The position numbers and the translations under genes were made by a program. The notes under the pieces are model-generated. The model was not told the DNA's origin and did no database searches. It worked only from the letters and a program-made list of their open reading frames with translations. This document shows, in pieces, positions 40,377 through 55,906 of a stretch of 64,000 nucleotides of DNA (position 1 is its first letter; every line of letters begins with the position of its first letter). This DNA comes from Octopus vulgaris (Eukaryota), in the NCBI GenBank assembly GCA_951406725.2, contig OX597818.1, positions 106,578,001-106,642,000 of the forward strand. The letters run 5' to 3'.

Positions 40377-40560
40377 AGTTAATCCAAACAAGAAAACACA
40401 GAAAAAAAAGAGAAAAACAACACAGCAACGCAGGACGTGGAACAATTAAAGTATTATTGACGCTCAGGAAAGAAGGGAAGGAGGGTTTAACGTTTCGAGC
40501 GGAGCTCTTCGTCGGAAACAAGGAGAAGGAAAGATCCCAAGGAGGGAAGACAGAGGAGAA
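40377..40560 (-). mobile_element. HHR-bearing family A copy (best preserved)
   Basis: Minus strand 40519-40485 reads GTTT-CCGACGA-A-GAGC-TCC-GCTC-GAAA-CG-TT-AAAC. Confidence 0.75.
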
Positions 40561-40744
40561 AATATTTGAGCTGGTGGTGCTCAAGAGATCACATGTTGAA
40601 AGAACAGAAGTTGAAGGTCGTCGAAACATGATTTTATAAGGCAAGAGAGTTCCCAAAAAGGAATGCGTGTGTGTGTGTGCAAGATGACAAGTGTGTTTGT
40701 GCGTGCGTGTGTGTATTTTTGGTATAAATACATATGTATATGTA

Positions 40745-40804
<60 letters not shown>

Positions 40805-40832
40805 TACACACATAAATACATATGCATATGTA

Positions 40833-40864
<32 letters not shown>

Positions 40865-40866
<2 letters not shown>

Positions 40867-41052
40867 ATCATCATCATCATCATCATTTAGCGTCCGTTTT
40901 CCATGCTAGCATGGGTTGGACGGTTCTGCTGGGGTCTGTGAAGCCAGAAGGCTTCATCAGGCCCAGTCAAATCTGGCAGTGTTTCTACGGCTGGATGCCC
41001 TTCCTAACGCCAACCACTCCGTGAGTGTAGTGGGTGCTTTACGTGCCACCCG
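40865..41052 (-). mobile_element. (GAT)n-tailed SINE
   Basis: Reverse complement of the 30745/34060 segments. Confidence 0.85.
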
Positions 41053-41055
41053 CAC

Positions 41056-41092
<37 letters not shown>

Positions 41093-41132
41093 CACACATA
41101 TATAAATACATATATGTGTGTGTGTGTGTATA

Positions 41133-41699
41133 CAGGGTGGGCAAAGAGTAGGTATACACTTGAAAATTTTTTGATTTTGTTACATTTACACTTATTTATT
41201 ACAGTTACGTTTATTGAACACAGTTTAATTTCGTAAATGCTTGAAATGGAGGTATACACGTTTTTAAGTTAACTTATTTATTTTTTTTTACAGGTATCCT
41301 GAATAATGGCAAGTAATTTGAGTTTCAGTATGGCTAGCTCCTGAGCCGCATCGCGTGTGGACTTTTTGGGACTGTTCACAAATGTTAAAGTGACTCTCAT
41401 CATATTCTCTTCACTCATTGATGTCCTGGGATGTCCTTATTTTGGTGCATTAACCACTGATCCCATTTTTTCAAATTTATCTCTGATATGATAAACTGTC
41501 AGTCGTGTTGGTAGAGAAGTGCCAAAGGCTTTTTTCTCCAAGCTGTACACACCTGTTTGGCATTTTCAGTCTTCCAGTACTGCTTTGGAATCCATGTCCT
41601 TTGTTCTTGACTCAAATTATTTGCCATTATTCATGGTACCTGTAAAAAAAATAAATAAGTCAATTTAAAAAGTGTATACCTACTTTTGGGCCCACCCTG
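41133..41699 (-). mobile_element. Internally deleted Tc1/mariner-superfamily element
   Basis: TIRs cagggtgggcaaagagtaggtatacact / agtgtatacctacttttgggcccaccctg with TA on the left. Minus-strand remnant ..TVYHIRDKFEKMGSVVNAPK*GHPRTSMSEENMMRV resembles a transposase N-terminal HTH. Confidence 0.8.
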
Positions 41700-41708
41700 T
41701 GTGTGTGA

Positions 41709-41742
<34 letters not shown>

Positions 41743-41799
41743 TTATATATGTATACATTTATATATGTATACATTTATATACACATATATTTATATTAC

Positions 41800-42245
41800 T
41801 AGAATAAAAACAGGATGGGCAAAGTTCAGAGAGCTACTACTTTTATTGGTTACTAAGGGCCTCTCCCTCAGAGTGAAAGGCAGATTGTATGATGACTGTA
41901 TGTAAAGCTATGCTACATGACAGTAAAATATGGGTTTTGACTACAGACGACCTGAGAAGGTTTGAAAGAAATGAAGCCAGCATGCTCTGCTGGATGGGTA
42001 ATGTCAGTGTGCACATACAACAGAGTGTAAATGATTTAAGAGGAAAACTGTGTGTAAGAGGCATCTGCTGTGAGTGCAGAAGACTGCTTCATATGGTCAT
42101 GGACAGTTACTCAAAGAAATGCTGATCTGTAATAGTGAAGGGAAACTGTGGAAGGGACAGACCCAGGAAGATGTGGGACAAAGTAGTGAGAAAGGATTTT
42201 CAGATGTTGAGCCACACTGAAGAGATGCCAAGGGACTGGGACTTG
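41800..42245 (+). mobile_element. RTE-type LINE RT C-terminal fragment
   Basis: RIKTGWAKFREL...KGRLY..., RFERNEASMLCWM and GRDRPRKMW, with frameshifts. Confidence 0.75.
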
Positions 42246-42719
42246 TACTTAACAACATTCATCAAACTAAATAAAATTGGGGCCATCCATACATACAGGC
42301 ATATCCTTTCTGGCCATGCCACTCACTCCCTCACCTAACAGAGAGGTCTATTGTCTTGAAGGAACCAGTGCTACATAGATGGAGCCATGTGAAAAGCACC
42401 CAGCATACTCTATAAAGAGGTTGGCATCGCAAAGGGCATCAAGCCATGGAAAGCAAACCAAAACAGAGAATTATGAAACCAGAAACAAATAAGTAAAATT
42501 CAAAACATGTGCATGTCTATATACATACATACATATATATACATTCACATGCATGAATGAGTGTGTGCACATGTGTGTCTGTGTGTTTGTTTATCATTGC
42601 AATTCTCTGCAAACAGCTTCTCCAAGCTATGATGCTGTTGCAATTTCCATTGCTCACAAATCTTCCAGTGCATTTGCAACTTCAAAGACCTGGGCAATAA
42701 CTGATCCCTTCCTTTAAGA

Positions 42720-43640
<921 letters not shown>

Positions 43641-43990
43641 GGAGGTGGCTGTGTGGTAAGAAGTTTGCTTCCCAGCCACATGGTTCCAGGTTCAGTCCCA
43701 CTGCTTTGCACCTTGGGCAGTTGTCTTTTGCTATTGCCTCAGATGGAAACTAAAAAAAAACACATTGTAAATATATATATATGTATTTGTGTGTCTGTGT
43801 TTGTCCACCTACCATCACTTGACACCAATGTTGGTGTGTTTACATCCCCATAACTAAATGGTTCTCCGTAACTTAGTTGTATAAGTACCGACTTACAACG
43901 AATAAGTCATGGGTTCGATTTGTTCGACTAAAGATGGGGCTCCAGCATGGCCACATTGAAATGACTGAAACATGGAAAACAATAAAAGAA
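43641..43990 (+). mobile_element. Diverged CORE-like SINE
   Basis: gtggctgtgtggtaag...ccttgggcagt...ccagcatggccaca. Confidence 0.75.
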
Positions 43991-44569
43991 TATATATACA
44001 TATATACATATGTATATATACATAATTATATATATATATATATATACATATGTGTATATACATAATTATATACATATATATATGCATATATATATACATA
44101 TATATAGATATATATATATACACACATACACAGAAATATTTATACATATATGTATACACACACACACACATATATATATATATATTTATTTATATGTATA
44201 TATATTAATATATATGTATCTACTTATAATGATATTTAATTTTAAGACCAAAGGATACCGATATAAGAAGTTAGTAAGCTTAGAAGAGTCAGTGACAGGT
44301 ATAAAAAACAACTTTTAGGAAAATCATAGTTTACTGACATAAAAGGTTAAAGTATTTTGCCATATCAAAGTTTGATAAGCTGAGAAAACAATAGAAATTG
44401 TATATCCAGCGAGTTTACTTGAATTCCATAAGAAGATTTAACTAAAGTATCTTCGGTATCATGTGCAGCTAGTGAAATGCACCTCATTGAGTAAATATTA
44501 CTTGTGAGGGTCTCCATGCTAGGAAACATATGTAGGCTGGATTTTACCTGCTCTATTCCCTCAATATCT

Positions 44570-44968
44570 ATGCATACATTTGGAAAATAATGAAGGGTCT
44601 AATTCCAAATTTCGGAATCGAAATCTTCAATAATCCCCGAACTGGATGGCATTGCACAGTACCAAAGTTCCCATCTTCTCCATCGAGGATACAAACCCAT
44701 TATCGTAATAGCTTGTGATTCAAGGGACCACAAATTTTTAATGCCCTGCCACAGAACATCAAGGATCTGCCAAATGTAGGCATGGAAGTCTTCAAAAAAC
44801 GTCTGGACAGCTTTTATCTGCAATTCAGGATGAACCCACATCGCAGCAGGAAGCACAAAGAAAAGTGGCAACGTCCAACTCACTACTTCACCAGAAGCAA
44901 GACTGGAAAAATTCCCGGATGTAGTAAACGTGGAGCACCAGCATGGCCTCAGCCTTTGGCTGAAACCC
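44570..44968 (+). mobile_element. CR1-type LINE 3' end
   Basis: Collinear with 52165-52580. Ends with the ccagcatggcctcagcctttggctgaaac tail. Confidence 0.65.
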
Positions 44969-45243
44969 ATGACAGATAAAAGATATATATATACATACAT
45001 ACATATATATATAAAGTCATTTGGCAAAACTGAGTTGTACCTGTAATTTATATATATATAAATACATACATATATATATGTATATACGTATAGATATATG
45101 CACACACATATATATATATATATATATACACATATATGTATGTATATACGTGTATATATATATATATATATATATACATATATGTATGCATATATCTATC
45201 TATCTATCTATATATATATATGCATAAATGTATGTATATATAC

Positions 45244-45297
<54 letters not shown>

Positions 45298-45310
45298 TTT
45301 TTTTTTTTTC

Positions 45311-45868
45311 TAGTTTCAGCTCAGAGCTGTGGCCATGCTGATGCACCGCCGTTTTGTGCTACACTGTTATTACGATGAACCTCGTCTAATATGTGGCACT
45401 TGGTGAAGAATGGAGTTTGATACAGCTACTCTCATTTGCACCTCTTGCCGTGAGGTAGGTTCATCTGGGACTCTTGACAGGAAGGTGTCCAGCTTTGATT
45501 TAAAAACTGCTACATCTACTTTGTGCAAGTTCCTCAGACTCTTTGGGAGAATACATATGTATATATACATATATTATATGCATGTATTTTTTTCATTTTA
45601 TCAGTTTCAGCTCGAGGCTGTGGCCATGCTGGGGCACCGCCATACTGCTACAGTGTTATTATTCAGACCCTCCTCTGGTATGTGGCATTTGGTGAATATG
45701 GGATATTGATGTCACTGCCCTTATTTGTACCACTAGCCATGAGTTAGGTTCATCTGGGACTCTTGTCAGGAAGAGATCAAGCTTTGATTCACAAACAGCA
45801 ACATCCACTGTGTGTAGGTGAGTCAGGCTCTTTGCGAGAATATTCAGAAGCAATGGTCCCTGAAACAC
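45311..45868 (-). mobile_element. Two adjacent CR1-type LINE 3' ends
   Basis: Peptides LPKSLRNLHKVDVAVFKSKLDTFLSRVPDEP and GPLLLNIL...KLDLFLTRVPDEP, each followed by the shared tail (45311-45351, 45603-45641). Confidence 0.8.
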
Positions 45869-46168
45869 AGGATGTGGATGTAACTAGTCATAAAGCATGA
45901 TGGCAGTGCTGGAATATATATATATATATATATATATGTATTAAAAGTATAAACAAGGGTATCTAAGAGATAACACCATGCTTGAAATAGCAGTCAAAAT
46001 CTGACTCTAAAGCCACAACAAGTGTTCAATACAGCTACATACATATGCACATACATATATACGTATATACATATACATACATTTATACATACATACATAT
46101 ATACATATATATATACACACACATATATACATATATATACACACACATATATACATATATATACACAC

Positions 46169-46201
<33 letters not shown>

Positions 46202-46260
46202 CACCTGTATATATATGTATATCCATATATACATACATATATATATACATCCATATATTC

Positions 46261-46292
<32 letters not shown>

Positions 46293-46299
46293 CAGCTGA

Positions 46300-46555
46300 C
46301 AGGCTTCCATGCTGGAGGCACGTAAAAAGCACCGTTCAAAAGTGATCGTTACTAGTGTTGCCAGTACCGCCTCACTGCCTGCTGGGCCGATGTGACATAA
46401 AAGCACCCAATACACTCTCGGAGAGGTTGGCATTAGGAAGGGCTTCCAGCAGTAGAAACTCTGCCAGGTCAGATTGGAGCCTGGTGCAGCCTTCAGGTTC
46501 GCCAGTTCTCAGTCCAATTGTCCAACCCATGCTAGCATGGAAAGCGAACATTGAA
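46300..46555 (+). mobile_element. (GAT)n-family SINE body
   Basis: Matches 33985-34210. Confidence 0.75.
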
Positions 46556-46572
46556 CAGTATCAATCATATAT

Positions 46573-46804
46573 AGGCGGCGAGCTGACAGAATCGTTAGCA
46601 CACCGGGCAAAATGCGTAGCCGTATTTCTTCTGCCGTTACGTTCTGCGTTCAAATTCCGCCGAGGTCGACTTTGCTTTTCATCCTTCCAGGGTCGATAAA
46701 TTAAGTACCAGTTATGCACTGGGGTCGATATAATCAACTTAATCCCTTTGTCTGTCCTTGTTTGTCCCTTCTGTGTTTAGCCCCTTGTGGGTAGTAAAGA
46801 AATA
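46573..46804 (+). mobile_element. Full-length Meta/MESC-like SINE
   Basis: aggcggcgagctg...gttcaaattccgccgaggtcgactttg...gggtagtaaagaaata. Confidence 0.85.
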
Positions 46805-46814
46805 AATGTTTATC

Positions 46815-47264
46815 TTATATATGTATATATATATGCATACATATAAATATATATATATACATACATATATATATATATACACAAATACATATATATACAA
46901 ACATATATATATACACATATATATATATAATACATATATATATACATATATATACATACATATATATACATATATATAAACATATATATATACATATATA
47001 TACATACATATATATACATATATATACATACATATATATACATATATATAAACATACATATATATACATATATATAAACATACATATATATACATATATA
47101 TAAACATACATATATATACATATATATAAACATACATATATATACATATATATAAACATACATATATATATATACATATATATATACATATATATAAACA
47201 TACATATATATATACATATATATATACATATATATATACATATATATACATATATATAAACATA

Positions 47265-47305
<41 letters not shown>

Positions 47306-47620
47306 ACATATATATACATATATATATATACATATATATACATATATATATATACATATATATACATATATATATATACATATATATACATATATATATA
47401 CATATACGTATATATACATATATATATACATATACGTATATATACATATATATATACATATACGTATATATACATATATATATATACATATATATACATA
47501 CGTATATATACATATACATATATATACATACGTATATATACATATATATATATACATATATATACATACGTATATATACAAATATATATACGTATATATA
47601 CATATATATATACATACACG

Positions 47621-47655
<35 letters not shown>

Positions 47656-48496
47656 GTATATATATATATATATATATACATATACGTATATATACATATA
47701 TACATATACGTATATATACATATATACATATACGTATATATATATATATATACATATACGTATATATACATATATACATATACGTATATATACATATATG
47801 CACATATACATATACGTATATATACATATATATGCACATATACATATATATATATATACATATATACGTATATATACATATACGTATATATACATATATA
47901 TATACATATACGTATATATACATATATATATACATATACGTATATATACATATATATATATACATATACGTATATATACATATATATATATACGTATATA
48001 TACGTATATATACATATATATATATACATATACGTATATATATACATATACGTATATATATACATATATGTATATATATACATATACGTATATATACATA
48101 TATATATACATATACGTATATATATACATATACGTATATATACATATATATATACATATATGTATATATACATATATATATACATATACATATATATATA
48201 CATATACGTATATATACATTTATATATACATATACGTATATATACATTTATATATACATATACGTATATATACATATATATATACATATACGTACATATA
48301 CATATATATATATACATATACGTACATATACATATATATATATACATATACGTACATATACATATATATATACATATACGTATGTATACATATATATATA
48401 TATATATATACGTACATATATACATATATATATATAATATATACATATATATATATACATATGTATATATATACATATATATATATATATACGTAC

Positions 48497-48530
<34 letters not shown>

Positions 48531-49066
48531 GTACATATATACATATATATATATAAATATATACATATATACGTACATATATACATATATATATATAAAT
48601 ATATACATATATATATACATATGTATATATATATATGTATGTATATATATATATATATACATATGTATATATATACATATATATATATACATATGTATAT
48701 ATATACATACATACATATATATATACATATATATACATACATACATATATATATACATACATATATATATATACATACATATATATATACATACATATAT
48801 ATATATACATACATATATATATATACATACATATATATATATACATACATATATATATACATACATATATATATATATACATACATATATATATATATAC
48901 ATATATATATACATACATACATATATACATACATACATAAATATATACATACATACATATATATATACATACATACATATATATATACATACATATATAT
49001 ATATACATACATACATACATATATATATACATACATACATATATATATACATACATATATATATAC

Positions 49067-49099
<33 letters not shown>

Positions 49100-49144
49100 C
49101 ATACATACATATATATACATACATACATACATATATATACATAC

Positions 49145-49177
<33 letters not shown>

Positions 49178-49416
49178 CATACATATATTTATATACATAC
49201 ATACATATATATATATACGTACATACATATATATATATACGTACATACATATATATATATACGTACATACATATATATATATACGTACATACATATATAT
49301 ATACATACATACATATATATATACATACATAGATATATATATACATACATACATATATATACATACATACATATATATACATACATACATATATATACAT
49401 ACATACATATATATAC

Positions 49417-49450
<34 letters not shown>

Positions 49451-49525
49451 ATACATACATACATATATATATATATATACATACATACATATATATATAC
49501 ATACATACATATATATATACATACA

Positions 49526-49565
<40 letters not shown>

Positions 49566-49746
49566 CATACATACATATATATATATATACATACATACAT
49601 ATATATATACATACATATATATATATATACATACATATATATATATATACATACATACATATATATATATACATACATATATATATATATACATACATAT
49701 ATATATATATACATACATATATATATATATACATACATATATATAT

Positions 49747-49777
<31 letters not shown>

Positions 49778-50095
49778 CATACATATATATATACATACAT
49801 AAATATATATATATACATACATACATATATATATACATACATACATATATACATACATACATATATATATACATACATACATATATATATAAATACATAC
49901 ATATATATATAAATACATACATATATATATACATACATACATATATATATACATACATACATATATATATACATACATACACATATATATATACATACAC
50001 ATATATACATACATATATATATATACATACATATATATATATACATACATATATATATACACATACATATACATATACACATACATATACATATA

Positions 50096-50126
<31 letters not shown>
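46815..50126. repeat. 3.3-kb compound TA/TACA/TACG microsatellite
   Basis: Direct observation. Sub-domains differ in their diagnostic interruptions (taaa, tacg, taca). Confidence 0.95.
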
Positions 50127-50519
50127 AGGCGCAGGAGTGGCTGTGTGGTAAGTAGCTTGCTAACCAACCACATGGTTCCGGGTTCAGTCCCACTGCGTGG
50201 CATCTTGGGCAAGTGTCTTCTGCTATAGCCCTGGGCCGACCAATGCCTTGTGAGTGGATTTGGTAGACGGAAACTGAAAGAAGTCTGTCGTATATATATA
50301 TGTGTATGTGTGTGTGTGTCCGTGTTTGTCCCCTTAGCATTGCTTGACAACCGATGCTGGTGTGTTTACGTCCCCGTCACTTAGCGGTTCGGCAAAAGAG
50401 ACTGATAGAATAAGTACTGGGCTTACAAAGAATAAGTCCCGGATCGATTTGCTCGACTAAAGGCGGTGCTCCAGCATGGCCGCAGTCAAATGACTGAAAC
50501 AAGTAGAAGAGTAAAAGAG

Positions 50520-50520
<1 letters not shown>
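50127..50520 (+). mobile_element. Full-length tRNA-headed CORE-like SINE, copy 1
   Basis: A-box tggctgtgtgg, B-box-like ggttcagtcc, MIR/CORE-like cttgggcaagt, internal (TG)n and CR1-type tail. Confidence 0.9.
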
Positions 50521-50551
<31 letters not shown>

Positions 50552-50728
50552 CATATATATACGTACAAATATATACATACATATATATATACATACACAT
50601 ATATACATACATATATATATACACAAAGACATATATATATACATACACATATATATATACATACATATATATATATACATACATATATATATACACATAC
50701 ATATACATATACACATACATATACATAT

Positions 50729-50776
<48 letters not shown>

Positions 50777-50777
<1 letters not shown>

Positions 50778-51169
50778 GGCGCAGGAGTGGCTGTGTGGTA
50801 AGTAGCTTGCTAACCAACCACATGGTTCCGGGTTCAGTCCCACTGCGTGGCATCTTGGGCAAGTGTCTTCTGCTATAGCCCTGGGCCGACCAATGCCTTG
50901 TGAGTGGATTTGGTAGACGGAAACTGAAAGAAGTCTGTCGTATATATATATGTGTATGTGTGTGTGTGTCCGTGTTTGTCCCCTTAGCATTGCTTGACAA
51001 CCGATGCTGGTGTGTTTACGTCCCCGTCACTTAGCGGTTCGGCAAAGAGACTGATAGAATAAGTACTGGGCTTACAAAGAATAAGTCCCGGGGTCGATTT
51101 GCTCGACTAAAGGCGGTGCTCCAGCATGGCCGCAGTCAAATGACTGAAACAAGTAGAAGAGTAAAAGAG

Positions 51170-51170
<1 letters not shown>
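50777..51170 (+). mobile_element. Full-length CORE-like SINE, copy 2 (650-bp tandem duplicate)
   Basis: Near-identical to copy 1, including the flanking microsatellite interruptions. Confidence 0.9.
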
Positions 51171-51201
<31 letters not shown>

Positions 51202-51364
51202 CATATATATACGTACAAATATATACATACATATATATATACATACACATATATACATACATATATATATACACAAAGACATATATATATACATACACAT
51301 ATATATATATATATACATACACATATATATATATATACATACATACACATATATACATACATAC

Positions 51365-51419
<55 letters not shown>

Positions 51420-51828
51420 CATATACATACATACATACACATATATATATTATATATATATATATGCATACATATATATATACATACATATATATATACA
51501 TACATATATATATACATACATACATATATATATATACATACATATATATATACATACATATATATATATATATATACATATATATGCATACATATAGATA
51601 CATACATATATATACATATATATATGCATACATATAGATATATACATATATATATGCATACATATAGATATATACATATATATATATACATATATATACA
51701 CATATATATATATACATATATATATACACACATATATGCATGCATATACACACACATATGCATACATATACACACATATATGCATACATATATATGTATA
51801 CATATATATGTATACATATATCATCATC

Positions 51829-51870
<42 letters not shown>

Positions 51871-51875
<5 letters not shown>

Positions 51876-52580
51876 AACATGAGCAATGATGCATCTTTCC
51901 AAGTGCATATTACTAATCTGATGATAAAATGCAGATGGCTAGCTGGATGGATTCTCCGAACTTTCAAAAAACTTTCGTCCTCAGCCGCTTGGACTACTGC
52001 TCCCAACTATGGTCAACACACAATATAAAACTAACAGCAGAACTCGAAGCAATTCAAAGAAGCTTCAGAAAGAAGATCGTCTCAATGCAATATATAAGCT
52101 ACTGGGAAACACTGAAAGTATTAAACCTCTTCTCCCTAGAGCGAAGGCGGGAGAGATATGTGGTGATATACATCTGGAAAATCCTGGAGGGTCTTGTCCC
52201 AAACTTTGGCATTCAAAGTTACCCCAACCGCAGAACGGGGCGCCACTGCATGGTGCCAAAGATTCCAACATCACCATCAAAATACAGGACTAGATACTGC
52301 AACAGCTTGGGTCTCAGAGGACCACAGCTCTTTATCATCCTCCCTGAATGCCTGAGAGACTTGCATGGTGTGGATGTGGGTTTCTTTAAAACTAAACTGG
52401 ATCTCTTCTTGTCGGGGGTCCCAGATGAACCCTCCTCACGACAGGAGACACAGATGCGGGCAGTGGCATCTAACTCCCTTGTTGACCAAGTGCCACGTAT
52501 CAGAGGTGGATTCACATATTAGTGTAGCTCATTTGGCGGTGGTGGCCTAGTATGGCCGCGGCCTTCGGGCTAAAACATTT
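51871..52580 (+). mobile_element. CR1-type LINE ORF2 C-terminal fragment and 3' UTR
   Basis: ORF 51929-52522: [11 protein letters not shown]...LEAIQRSF...SYWETLKVLNLFSLERRRERY...KILEG...FKTKLD, typical of CR1-group ORF2 C-termini. Confidence 0.85.
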
Positions 52581-52599
52581 TGAAGGATTTAAGGATTTA

Positions 52600-53350
52600 T
52601 ATATATATATATACATACCAATATACATGCATATATACATGCATATATACATACATATATATATACATATATACATACATATATATATACATATACATAC
52701 ATATGTACATATATATAATATATATATATACATACATATATACATACATATATATATATACATATACATACATATATATATATATATATACATATACATA
52801 CATATATATATACATATACATACATATGTACATATATATATATACATATGTACATATATATAATATATATACATACATATATACATACACATGTATATAT
52901 AATATATATATACATACATACATATATATATACATATACATACATATGTACATATATATATATACATATGTACATATATATAATATATATACATACATAT
53001 ATACATACACATGTATATATAATATATATATACATACATATATATATATACATACATATATATATACATATACATACATATATATATATACATATACATA
53101 CATATATATATACATATACATACATATATATATACATATACATACATATATATATACATACATATAATATATATATACATTCATATAATATATATATACA
53201 TTCATATAATATATATATACATTCATATATATATATATATACATACATATATATACATATACATACATATATATATATATATACATACATACATATGTAC
53301 ATGCAATATATATGTACATGCAATATATACACATACACATATATATACAT

Positions 53351-53383
<33 letters not shown>

Positions 53384-53420
53384 ATTATATATATAATTAT
53401 ATATACATACAAAATATATA
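52600..53420. repeat. TA/TACA compound microsatellite
   Basis: Direct observation. Confidence 0.9.
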
Positions 53421-53639
53421 GGTATATACATATAGATATATAGTTATTTATATATCAACATATATATAAATAGGAGCATATATATACATAGGTGTATATA
53501 TATGTTTTGACTATGGTCTTTCTATATTATTTACATAACATCATCTGCCACCATGGGTCTATATATTAACATATTAATATATATATATATGTACTAACAT
53601 ACCTACCATACTGACGTTAAGCAATAATGATTTATATAC

Positions 53640-53723
<84 letters not shown>

Positions 53724-53800
53724 GTGTGTGTGTGCACGTCTTCATGTGAATGAGTGTGTATATGTATGTTGATATATATATACACATATATATACATAGA

Positions 53801-53835
<35 letters not shown>

Positions 53836-55013
53836 AGAGAGAGAGAGAGAGAGAGAGAGATACATACATACATATACATATATATATATATATATACATA
53901 CAAATGGATATATAATTATATATCTATATACATGATTGTTCCTGTGTATATCCAATAGAAAAGAGAATCTCTCCTGCTGCAATCAGTCCATCTCTAATGT
54001 GGCATTCTTTCTGAGTGAAATAAACATTTCGAAAGTGTGAAATGCAGAGTTGGTCCCTATTAACTGTTTAATTCCTTTCTTGTATATACAAAAACAGATA
54101 TACGTATGTGCATACATGTACATTTACTCACACTCTGAGAAACACATACATACGTATATGCATACATATACACATACACATTCAGATACATATATACCCA
54201 CACATTCATAGATTAGCCACTGTAAAGTGTTTGGCATTAGACTTGGCATCCCCGCCTAGATGCCAATCTGAACCAGAAAAGGGAACCCGAAGAATCCCTA
54301 CACCTGTTGGATCATCTTCAATAAGTCAGTCAATGTAAGCAACCTACACTCACATTAAATGATGATGTATATACATAATGATATATATAATAAAAGGATG
54401 GAAATATTGAGTGGTGGCCTCCCCAAAGTAGCAGAGGGGCTTTCCAGGAGTGTACGCAAGAGCGATTCACATAAATGGACTCAAAACATATTGACACATA
54501 TATGTGTGTGCATTCATATACATATATACACACACATGCATATATATATATATATATATGTATATGTATATATATATACATACACACACACACACATATG
54601 TATATGTATGTGGCACTGACATTTTTAAACACATGATTTCAGTTTCAATCCCATGCGACCTTAGACATGTGCCTTCTACGAACGGCCACGGCGAACCAAT
54701 AGCTTCTGACTAGATTTGCTACATGTAAATTGTTTGAAAGCTTCCTTGTCAGAGCGTGTGTGTGTGTGTGTGTGTTAGTGCTTTCTGTATGTCCCTCATT
54801 ATTGCATGACATGTGGTGTTCAGTTGTTTACATCCCTGAAACCTAGTGGTTTGGGTAAAATAAGGTCCAGTAGCGGGATTTTACAGTTCCCAACCGTACA
54901 GTCAAATGACTAAAACAGGAGGAACGTGACACACACACACTCTCATATATATGTATATACACACACACACATATATATACAACTAATATATATACAACTA
55001 ATACACATATATT

Positions 55014-55058
<45 letters not shown>

Positions 55059-55204
55059 GTGGGGGATAGATTGATAAACAGAAAGGGATGCAGAATGAAA
55101 GACTAGATATTATACTCCTATGATACAGAGCTAAATGCACTCACATACATGAACATCTACACACACACAAACATATCTTTGTATATATATAATGATGAAG
55201 ATGA

Positions 55205-55445
55205 TATATATATATATATACATATATATGCATATATATATATACATATATATATGCATATATATATATACATATATATATACATATATATGCATATATA
55301 CATACATATATACATACATATATATGCATATACATATATATGCATATACATATATATGCATATACATATATATGCATATATATATACATATACATATATA
55401 TGCATATATATATACACACATATATATATACACATATATATATAC

Positions 55446-55476
<31 letters not shown>

Positions 55477-55863
55477 CATATATACATATACATGTATATA
55501 TATAAACATATATATATACATATACATATACATGTATATATATATACATATATATATACATATACATATACATATACATGTATATATATATACATATATA
55601 TATACATATACACATATACATGTATATATACATATACATATATACATATATATGTATATATATATACATATATATATACATATACATATACATGTATATA
55701 TATATACATATATATATACATATACATATACATGTATATATATATACATATATATACACATATATATATATACACATATATACATATGCATATATATATA
55801 CACATATATACATATGCATATATATATACACATATATACATATATATACATACATATATATAC

Positions 55864-55906
<43 letters not shown>

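Noticed and set aside
44410-44505. Possible minus-strand hammerhead-like fold
   Set aside because: Core too degenerate (no CUGANGA or GAAA) to support.
50127-50205. tRNA-like sequences (also 27560-27634, 29429, 10838)
   Set aside because: They are SINE heads continuous with repeat bodies, and no complete cloverleaf is evident.
46739-50350. Very long ORFs (up to 1103 aa) of Y/I/M/C/V/H/T, also at 5722-7617 and 55131-58991
   Set aside because: Translations of TA/CA microsatellites that lack stop codons by composition.
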